From a bacterium (GTDB lineage: Bacteria; Krumholzibacteriota; Krumholzibacteriia; LZORAL124-64-63), in contig JAAEQC010000140.1 of the NCBI GenBank assembly GCA_024231905.1, positions 56,566 through 120,565 on the forward strand: 64,000 nucleotides of DNA. Direction: 5' to 3'. This document shows positions 47,836-55,441 of this stretch, piece by piece. Within the stretch, counting starts at the first letter, position 1; each line of letters opens with the position of its first letter. The notes under the pieces are model-generated. The model saw only the letters and a list, made by a program, of their open reading frames with translations. It was not told the DNA's origin and made no database searches. Position numbers and translations under genes: made by a program.

Positions 47836-48450
47836 ATGAACACAAAACGATGCAAGACCAAGAAGATCGACCGACCCGAACAGCGGGCCGCGTTGGCTTC
47901 GCCCCTCAGGCTCGAGATCCTGGGGTTGTTCACCCACGGCGACGCCCTGGCCATAGCGGACATGGCCGCCCTCATGGGGCGCAAGGCCGGATCCCTCTAC
48001 CACCACGTGGGCATCCTCGAAAAGGCCGACCTACTGGAGCGGGTGGGCACCCGCCCCAAAGGCAAGCGGCACGAGGCGCTCTTCGGTCTCACCGCCGGCC
48101 GGTTCGAGGTCGACGCACCCGCCGATCAGGACGAGGCCATCGACCATGCGGTCAAGGCCATGGCCTCGGCATTCCGCATGACGGAGCGCGACCTGGAGGC
48201 GGCTCTGCGCGACCGGGCCGCTCGCCAGGAGGGACGCGACCGCAACATGTATGCGGCCCGTCTCCATATGCGGGCGTCGCCGAAGCTGTTGGCGGCGATC
48301 AACGAGCATCTGTCGGCCATCGAGGACTTGCTGCAGGCGGACGCCGCCGGCGAAGCCGAGCCCTCGACGGACGCCGAGCATCTTTCACTGACTATTGCAC
48401 TGCTGCCGATCAAGGGACGCAGCCGCAAAGAACCCCACCAAGGCGGCTAA
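47836..48450 (+). CDS. ArsR-like winged-helix regulator
   Basis: ALASPLRLEIL...SLYHHVGILEKADLL. Confidence 0.85.
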   Translation: MNTKRCKTKKIDRPEQRAALASPLRLEILGLFTHGDALAIADMAALMGRKAGSLYHHVGILEKADLLERVGTRPKGKRHEALFGLTAGRFEVDAPADQDEAIDHAVKAMASAFRMTERDLEAALRDRAARQEGRDRNMYAARLHMRASPKLLAAINEHLSAIEDLLQADAAGEAEPSTDAEHLSLTIALLPIKGRSRKEPHQGG

Positions 48451-48451
48451 T

Positions 48452-49192
48452 ATGAATTGGCAAACTCTCGGCATCTTTGGTATCGTCGTCATCCTGTTCC
48501 TGACCGTGGCCATGCCGCTATTGGGGATCTGGGACTTCCGGCGTTTCCTGCGTCACCTGGCCGAAGGCCGGGCCGACGCCCGCACCAGCGCCTACCGGTG
48601 GGTCCTCTTCATGGAGTGGACCCTGACTCTGGTCATCGCCGGCTGGTGGTTGGCGGACGGCCGGGGGCTGAGCGATCTGGGCCTCGTGCCGGCCGTGGAC
48701 GGCTGGCAGTGGTTGGCCGTGGGACTGGGACTGGCGGCCACGGTCTTCATGATCGGGCAGATGGTCGTCGTGCTCCGCAAACCCTCCGAATTGGAGCGGT
48801 TGCGGGAGCAGGTAGGTGAGGTGGCGGCCCTCGGTCCGCATACCGAAGCCGAGGGCCGGCTCTTCACCCTGGTGTGCGTCACCGCCGGTGTGTGCGAGGA
48901 GATCATCTACCGGGGCGTCCTGCTGGCGGTCCTGGCCCAGGCTTTCGGGATCTGGACGGCGATGGTCGTGAGCTCGGTGATCTTCGGCCTGGGCCACGCC
49001 TATCAGGGACCGGCGGGCATCGCCAAGACGTCGCTGATAGGTCTGGTCATGGCCCTGCTGGCCGTGTTCTCAGGCTCGCTGTTCGTACCCATGGTGCTGC
49101 ACGCAGTCGTCGATTTGACCAGCGGGCGGTTGATGGCTGCGGCGAACAGTCAGGAGGCGGCTCCGACCGGCGCTGTGGAATCGACTTGCTGA
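48452..49192 (+). CDS. CPBP (CAAX/Abi) intramembrane metalloprotease
   Basis: EEIIYRG, FGLGH, H..VD. Confidence 0.92.
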   Translation: MNWQTLGIFGIVVILFLTVAMPLLGIWDFRRFLRHLAEGRADARTSAYRWVLFMEWTLTLVIAGWWLADGRGLSDLGLVPAVDGWQWLAVGLGLAATVFMIGQMVVVLRKPSELERLREQVGEVAALGPHTEAEGRLFTLVCVTAGVCEEIIYRGVLLAVLAQAFGIWTAMVVSSVIFGLGHAYQGPAGIAKTSLIGLVMALLAVFSGSLFVPMVLHAVVDLTSGRLMAAANSQEAAPTGAVESTC

Positions 49193-49213
49193 TCGTTCGA
49201 AGTGTGGCGGTGA

Positions 49214-50056
49214 CTATTTCGGATTCAGCCATTCGCCGTACAGATCGGGACGGCGGTCCCTGAGGAACAGCTTCCGCGCGTGGGACTCCCGGCAGGCGGA
49301 CATGTCCACGTCGTAGTGGAGGATCTCGTCGGTCCCTTCGCCCGCCCGGGCCAGCACCCGGCCGTCGGGCCCACACACGAAGCTCTCACCGGCGAAGGTG
49401 AGATGTTCCTCCTCGCCGACGCGATTGCACAGGGCCGTGTAGTAGCCGTTCTGGAACGCCGCCACCCTCATCTCCGCCTCGTACAACCCCTCAGGCCACT
49501 CGCCCACCGCCCCGGCCTGGGGCACGATCACCAGTTCCGCCCCCGACACGGCCAGGGCGCGCATGTATTCGGGATAATGCCGGTCGTAGCAGATGGCCAC
49601 GCCCAGGCGCCCAACCCAGGTGTCGTACACAGGCGCGCCCGTGTCGCCGGGGGTATAGAAACCCTGCTCGTGGAAGTGCTCGTAGTCGGTGATGTGGATC
49701 ATGCGCGTGATGCCGAGGATGGTGCCGTCGCCGTCGATGACCGGGGAGGAGTCGTAGGTCAGAGGATGGGCGCCGCCCACGTCGGGCCCCTGCTCGAAGA
49801 GGTTGGGGACGATGACCACGCCGTGCTTCCTGGCCAGGGCGCAGAAGGCGTCGGTGGTGGGGCCGGGGATGGGCTCGGCCTTGGCCACCAGTTCGGGCGT
49901 GGCCTGAAACTGGGGCCAGAAGCGGGTGAAGGCCAGCTCGGCGAAGCAGATCAGCTCGGCGCCGTCGGAGATGGCCACCTCGGCGGCGGCGAAGCCCCGT
50001 TCGAAGTTCTCCGCCGGGTCCGGACCGGCGTGTTGCTGGACGAGAGCGATATTCAT
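49214..50056 (-). CDS. Carbon-nitrogen hydrolase (nitrilase superfamily)
   Basis: FAEL, ICYDRHYPE, NRVG, RRPDLY. Confidence 0.9.
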   Translation of the reverse strand: MNIALVQQHAGPDPAENFERGFAAAEVAISDGAELICFAELAFTRFWPQFQATPELVAKAEPIPGPTTDAFCALARKHGVVIVPNLFEQGPDVGGAHPLTYDSSPVIDGDGTILGITRMIHITDYEHFHEQGFYTPGDTGAPVYDTWVGRLGVAICYDRHYPEYMRALAVSGAELVIVPQAGAVGEWPEGLYEAEMRVAAFQNGYYTALCNRVGEEEHLTFAGESFVCGPDGRVLARAGEGTDEILHYDVDMSACRESHARKLFLRDRRPDLYGEWLNPK

Positions 50057-50176
50057 GGGCGGACCTCCGGGGCGGTCGGTGCGTCGAGGGCTTGCCTGGG
50101 AGAGTACCGCCGCCGCCGCGAGACCGCCAGCGGAAGGCCGGGCCCGGGTCGCCTCGGGCCCGGCCGTCGATCGGGG

Positions 50177-50330
50177 CTATCGGTTGCGGAACACGGCTTT
50201 CACGTCGCCCCGACTAGTAGCTTCGGCGGGCATGAGCAACTGGACCTCGTAGCCTCCGAGAATCTGGATCGGCCCGCCGGGGCGAAGTTCGTTGGGTCGC
50301 TGCAGACCAGATGCATGGTGTGCTGGAATC
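50177..50330 (-). pseudogene. 3' remnant of a gene carrying the SWxxxKxxFR tail
   Basis: ...IQILGGYEVQLLMPAEATSRGDVKAVFRNR* followed by a hairpin at about 50136-50166. Confidence 0.45.
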
Positions 50331-50431
50331 GGGCCTGAGACGCTGTGAGGGTGGACTGGGACGGATCGGCGGGGGGTACAAGAGAAAGGAGGCGGGCTGC
50401 AGCCCGCCTCCCCGTTCCACCATCGTGGTCG

Positions 50432-51286
50432 TTACCGGTAATTCGCCTTCAAGTCGCTCCAGCTCGTGTCTTCCACGTCGCCGGGCAGGGCCTTGTCGAC
50501 GCTGGAATCGTCCGTATCGACGAAGCTGCAGCCGGCCTCGTTGTATCGGGCGAGGATGCACTTGAGGGCCAGGGCGCGCACTCGGGCGCGGCGCCGCGGC
50601 TTGCTGCCCACCTCGTGGCGCTCGAGCAGGCCGTCGGCGCGGTCGATGACCCGCTCGATGCGGTCGTCGGAACCGTTCAGGACGTTCAGCTTGGCCGCGA
50701 TGAGGTGCTTGGCCAGGATGATCGTCGCGTCGCCGCGGACCGGGGTGAACATGATGTCCAGCAGTTCGGACTGGCTCATGAGCACGCCGCCCAGTTCGAG
50801 TTCGTCCACCGGCCAGGCTTCGGGGTGTTTCTTCCAGAAGCCCTGCGTGAAGTTGCAGGTCGGTTCGGGGTCGGGCTCGTCGCAGGGGCAGTCCAGGGTC
50901 GCCGTGGCCGTCTCGGTGTCGGTCTGGGTGGCTGTCGTGTCGCCCAGGGGCGTGGTCAGATCGAGGACCGCGCGCACATCGAGCACACCGCACGGAGGAT
51001 CGGCCCAGGCGCCGGTGAGGGTGTAGCTCTCCACGGCGGCGGTGCCGGAGCGGTAGATGGTGTCGGACCAGGAAGTGGTGCCCACGTCGGTGCCGGTCTC
51101 GTCGGTCAGAATGAGGGTGATGTCCACGTCTGCCTGGGCCCGGGGACCGCCGTAGTAGACGTCCACCTTTGCGTTCCAGCCGTCGCAGTCCACGATGAGT
51201 TCGACGGCTTCCCAGTGGGTGGCCGAGGCGAGGCCGGGCAGGCAGACCACGGCCGTCAGGACAAGAATCTTGAGCAGCGTTTTCAT
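50432..51286 (-). CDS. Secreted hypothetical protein ending in SWSDLKANYR
   Basis: Signal peptide; TQGFWKKHP, LIAAKLN; terminator at about 50381-50412. Confidence 0.85.
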   Translation of the reverse strand: MKTLLKILVLTAVVCLPGLASATHWEAVELIVDCDGWNAKVDVYYGGPRAQADVDITLILTDETGTDVGTTSWSDTIYRSGTAAVESYTLTGAWADPPCGVLDVRAVLDLTTPLGDTTATQTDTETATATLDCPCDEPDPEPTCNFTQGFWKKHPEAWPVDELELGGVLMSQSELLDIMFTPVRGDATIILAKHLIAAKLNVLNGSDDRIERVIDRADGLLERHEVGSKPRRRARVRALALKCILARYNEAGCSFVDTDDSSVDKALPGDVEDTSWSDLKANYR

Positions 51287-51395
51287 CGATCCCTCCGATG
51301 ATGAAGTCCAGGGGTGCGCACACATCAGCGTGTGCGTGAGATGACCAGACGACAATTATATCACGGAAGCAGGAGCTAATTCCACGTATTTTTGT

Positions 51396-51827
51396 CTAAT
51401 TAAGAGAATCAGGCAGAAATGATACGAAATCGCGGATCTCGTCTCGCACGCGTCGGTAGGGGGCCAGGGCGGCTTCCTCGGAGGCGGCTTTGCGGGCCAG
51501 GAAGGGCGGATCGTCGAAGCTGTGATGCACCACGCGGGTGCCGCCGGGGAAGACCGGGCAACTCTCGTGGGCGTTGCCGCACACCGTGACAACCAGGTCG
51601 AACGCGACGTCGGAGAACTCGTCCACGTGCCGGCTTTGGTGGCCGGAGATGTCGATCCCCGCTTCGGACATGACCTGCACCGCCCGCGGATTCAGGCCGT
51701 GGGTCTCGATGCCGGCGGACCGGGCCTCGATCACGTGGCCCTTGAGGGCCCGCGCCCAGCCTTCGGCCATCTGACTGCGGCAGGAGTTGCCCGTGCACAG
51801 GAAGAGGATCTTCAGCTTGTCGTTCAT
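51396..51827 (-). CDS. arsC: Thioredoxin-coupled arsenate reductase (LMW-PTP family)
   Basis: CTGNSCRSQMAEG, TVC, SCP, DDP. Confidence 0.9.
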   Translation of the reverse strand: MNDKLKILFLCTGNSCRSQMAEGWARALKGHVIEARSAGIETHGLNPRAVQVMSEAGIDISGHQSRHVDEFSDVAFDLVVTVCGNAHESCPVFPGGTRVVHHSFDDPPFLARKAASEEAALAPYRRVRDEIRDFVSFLPDSLN

Positions 51828-53038
51828 TCACGATCTCCCAGGGCGTTTCCAGCCAGCCAACCGGTGGTCCAGCAGGCCTGGAAGTTGAAACCGCCGGTGA
51901 CACCGTCCACGTCGAGGACTTCGCCGGCCAGGTGCAATCCCGGCTGTACGCGGCTGGCCATGGTGCGGAAGTCCACTTCCCCGAGGGCGACGCCTCCGCA
52001 GGTTACGAACTCCTCCTTGAAGGCCGTCTGACCCGTCACCGGCAGGACCGTTTCCTTGAGCAGGGCGGCCAGACGCCGTCGCGGGTCGCGGCCAAGATCG
52101 GCCCAGCGCGCGGCGTCCGCTACTCCCGCCTCGCGGACCAGGGCGGCCCACAGGAGGCGCGGCAGGGATGAGGGATGATCGCCGGCTACCTGGCGGCGTC
52201 CGTGGGTGTCGATCTGTTTCCGGAGCAGGGCGTCGGCGTCGGACGTGTCCGGCAGCCAGTCGACCCGGAGCTCGAACCGGTAGCCGGCATCGTGCAGGTC
52301 GCGGGCGCCCAGGGCAGACAGCTTCAGAACCGCCGGTCCGCTCACTCCCCGGTGCGTCACGAGCAACGGACCTTCGGACGCATGGCCGGCAGCAGCCAGG
52401 CGCACGGTCGCGCTCCGGCCCGCCAGGCCCTTCAGCAGGGCCGTGCGGCAGGTGAAGGTGAACAGGGACGGCACCGGGGGCACGATCTCGTGGCCTAGGC
52501 TTTGGGCAAGGTCGAAACCCGAGGGGCCGGACCCGGCGGAGGTGGCGCCGCCGGTGGCCAGGACCACCCGGCGGGCGTCCAGTGTCGCACCGCCGCCGGT
52601 CTCCACGGCAAAGCCCCCTTCGACCGCCCGCAATGCCGTCACATGGACGCCGGTCCGCACCTCCACGCCGGCCCCGTGTGCTGCGGCCGTGAGGGCGTCC
52701 ACCACCGAGGCCGAGCGGTCGGTGACGGGGAAGCGCCGGCCGTCGGGCTCACTCTTCAGGGCGACCCCTTCGGCGGCGAACCAGTCGGCCACCGCCGCCG
52801 GACCGAACTTGGTGAATGGACCGCGCAATTCCCGGGTGCCGCGGGGGTAGTTGGTCACCAGCCGGGCCGGGTCGTCGCAGTCGTGGGTGACGTTGCAGCG
52901 TCCGCCGCCGGAGACCCGCACCTTGCGCAGCACCTGCCGGCCGGCCTCGAGCAGGACGACCGGCGTGGACGGGTCGGTGCGCCGGGCGGTAACGGCGGCC
53001 ATGAACCCGGCGGGTCCTCCTCCGATGACGATGTGCAT
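51824..53038 (-). CDS. HI0933/BaiN-family flavoprotein
   Basis: GGGPAG, SGGGRCNVT, VTCGGV, DGVTGGFNFQ. Confidence 0.92.
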   Translation of the reverse strand: MHIVIGGGPAGFMAAVTARRTDPSTPVVLLEAGRQVLRKVRVSGGGRCNVTHDCDDPARLVTNYPRGTRELRGPFTKFGPAAVADWFAAEGVALKSEPDGRRFPVTDRSASVVDALTAAAHGAGVEVRTGVHVTALRAVEGGFAVETGGGATLDARRVVLATGGATSAGSGPSGFDLAQSLGHEIVPPVPSLFTFTCRTALLKGLAGRSATVRLAAAGHASEGPLLVTHRGVSGPAVLKLSALGARDLHDAGYRFELRVDWLPDTSDADALLRKQIDTHGRRQVAGDHPSSLPRLLWAALVREAGVADAARWADLGRDPRRRLAALLKETVLPVTGQTAFKEEFVTCGGVALGEVDFRTMASRVQPGLHLAGEVLDVDGVTGGFNFQACWTTGWLAGNALGDRE

Positions 53039-53133
53039 GACCGCTCCCGGTGCGTTGGAATCGCCCGCAGTTCCTGATATCCTCGATGGAATCATCGCAG
53101 ATAATCCCGCCGCCAGCCACAAGGAGACGCGCC

Positions 53134-53592
53134 ATGCCCCCCGTCGGCAAGAAAGCCCCCGCATTCACCCTGCCCAACCAGGACGGCCGGAAGGTCAAGC
53201 TGTCCGACTTCAAGGGCAAGACAGTGCTGCTGTTCGCCTATCCGAAGGCCATGACCGGCGGTTGAGCCACCCAGGCCAAGGGGTTCCGTGAGAGCCTCAA
53301 GAAGATCACGAAGGCGGGCGGCGCCGTGCTGGGCGTCAGTCCCGACCCGGTGGAGAAGCTCAAGCGTTGGCACGACAAGGAGAGCTTCGGCTTCGACCTG
53401 CTCTCGGACGAGAAACACGTGGTGCTCGAGAAGTATGGTGCCTGGGGTGAGAAGAAGCTCTACGGCAAGGTCTACTTGGGAGTGATCCGCAGCCACTGGG
53501 TCATCGGACCGGACGGCAAGGTCGTCGACGAGCAGCTCAAGATCTCGCCGGCCAAGAGCGTGGAGTTGGGCGTGGCGAGTCTGCTGGGCTGA
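53134..53592 (+). CDS. bcp: BCP/PrxQ peroxiredoxin, putative selenoprotein (UGA at codon 44)
   Basis: [22 protein letters not shown] continues in frame through [21 protein letters not shown] and IRSHWVI; AAGGAG RBS. Confidence 0.88.
53280..53298 (+). other. Putative bacterial SECIS hairpin
   Basis: GGGGTTC-CGTGA-GAGCCTC starting 14 nt after the UGA. Confidence 0.5.
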
Positions 53593-53854
53593 AGCCGGGT
53601 CGCGAGTCGCTGCGTTCCCTTGGGAAGACGTGTGGCTCGAGCCCGCCGGCGGTTGGACCGACAGCGCACCCAGGTGTACATCGCCGGCGCCATCAACCTC
53701 AGCGATGCCGGGTACCTGGGGACCCTTCCCGGCCGTTCCTGTTACGAATGACGACAGTCGGCGTTTTTCGATCCGGCGGGCCATTTCGGCCCGCCGGTTG
53801 CATATCCTCCGCATCCGTGACTAACTTGGTCCCGGTTCAACCCCGGAGGGAATC

Positions 53855-55168
53855 ATGAAGACCATCAAGGCTGCCTGGGTCCTGGGCGCCGCTCTGTCCA
53901 TCGTGCTCGTTGCCTGCAGCGAGGACGATCCGGCCGGTCCGGACGATACGACACCGCCCATGGCCGCTTTCCAGGCGGACACGCCCACGGGCCAGGTGCC
54001 CCTGGCGGTGACCTTCACCGACGATTCCACCGGTGAACCCACGGCCTGGGCCTGGGACTTCGGCGACGGTGGCACTTCCACCGCCCAGAACCCGAGTCAC
54101 ACCTACACCGTTGCCGGGGACTTCACCGTGGCCCTGACGGCGACCAACGCCGGCGGCTCCGACACGGAAACCGACGTGGACTGCGTCTCGGTCAGCGGGA
54201 CGGCCGGCGGCGACCCGCCGGTGGCCGATTTCTCGGCCTCGACCACGAGCGGACTGACGCCCGTGACGGTCCAGTTCACCGATGCTTCCACCGACGGCCC
54301 CACCGTGTGGAACTGGAATTTCGGCGACGGCGCGACGTCCACCGATCAGAACCCGAGCCACACCTACTCTTCGGCCGGCAGTTACACCGTAGCCCTGTCG
54401 GTCCACAACGCCTACGGCACCGACACCGAGACCCGCGCCGACTACGTGACCGTCACCGACCCGGTCACCGGCGCGCCCGGCATCACGGCCGACCACCTGG
54501 CCACCGCGGACTTCGCGGATCTGCCGGCGGCCTGGGCCGACAACGTGGCGTCGGACCTGCGCCTCTTCTACGGTCATACGTCCCACGGCAGCCAGCTCAT
54601 GACCGGCCTCTGGATGATCGAGCAGATGGACGCGTCCTACGACCAACCCGCGGTGACGGAGATCTCCGACGATCTGGGCCACCGGGGCGACCTGACCTGG
54701 GTGGCGCCCACCCGCGCGCACCTGGATGCCCCGGGCAACGACACCAACGTGGTGGTCTGGTCCTGGTGTGGCGGTGCCTCGGATAACACCGTCGCAGGCG
54801 TCGATGCCTATTTGGCGGCCATGACCCAGCTCGAAGCCGACTACCCGGACGTGGTCTTCATCTACATGACCGGCCACCTGGACGGCACGGGTGTGGACGG
54901 TAGTCTCTACACCACGAATAACCAGATCCGCGCCTACTGCGAGGCCAACAACAAGTGGCTCTTTGACTTCGCCGATATCGAGAGCTACGACCCCGACGGT
55001 ACCTACTACCCGGACGCCCTCGACCGCTGCGATTGGTGCGTCGACTGGTGCGCCACCCACGATTGCGAGGACTGTTACGGCTGTGCCCACAGCCACTGCT
55101 TCAACTGCTTCCGCAAAGGGCAGGCATTCTGGTGGCTGCTGGGACGGGTCGCGGGCTGGGAGGGCTAG
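53855..55168 (+). CDS. Lipoprotein with two PKD domains and an uncharacterised C-terminal domain
   Basis: LVAC lipobox; WDFGDG and WNFGDG; YGHTSHGSQ, WSWCG, FDFADIESYD. Confidence 0.85.
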   Translation: MKTIKAAWVLGAALSIVLVACSEDDPAGPDDTTPPMAAFQADTPTGQVPLAVTFTDDSTGEPTAWAWDFGDGGTSTAQNPSHTYTVAGDFTVALTATNAGGSDTETDVDCVSVSGTAGGDPPVADFSASTTSGLTPVTVQFTDASTDGPTVWNWNFGDGATSTDQNPSHTYSSAGSYTVALSVHNAYGTDTETRADYVTVTDPVTGAPGITADHLATADFADLPAAWADNVASDLRLFYGHTSHGSQLMTGLWMIEQMDASYDQPAVTEISDDLGHRGDLTWVAPTRAHLDAPGNDTNVVVWSWCGGASDNTVAGVDAYLAAMTQLEADYPDVVFIYMTGHLDGTGVDGSLYTTNNQIRAYCEANNKWLFDFADIESYDPDGTYYPDALDRCDWCVDWCATHDCEDCYGCAHSHCFNCFRKGQAFWWLLGRVAGWEG

Positions 55169-55195
55169 ACCACCGACGGCAGCCTGAGATGAGCG

Positions 55196-55224
55196 AAGGG
55201 AGGGCCGACCGGCCCTCCCTTTTT
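55196..55224 (+). terminator. Intrinsic terminator
   Basis: AAGGGAGGGCC-GACC-GGCCCTCCCTT followed by a T-run. Confidence 0.85.
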
Positions 55225-55441
55225 CGTGATCTTTTTAAATCGTAACCTGAAGTGAAACCAGATCCTCGCCGTTACGTCCGAAAGGGTCTGGGGTGCGTCC
55301 CGTGCGTCGCCACGCCGGGACCGGCCCCGTGCCGCATCCGCCGCCGCTCGACTGGTGGCGGACCAACGGTACGGACCGTCGGCCTTGGTGGAACCGGACT
55401 GATTCCCTGGTTCCGAAGGAGCACCCCACAAATCTCCCCCC

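Noticed and set aside
53263-53265. bcp as a nonsense pseudogene or genome-wide UGA reassignment
   Set aside because: The stop coincides with the catalytic Cys and both halves are intact, while TGA terminates many other genes normally.
55020-55110. c-type cytochrome in the Cys/His-rich segments (also 58515-58967)
   Set aside because: No CxxCH motif is present.
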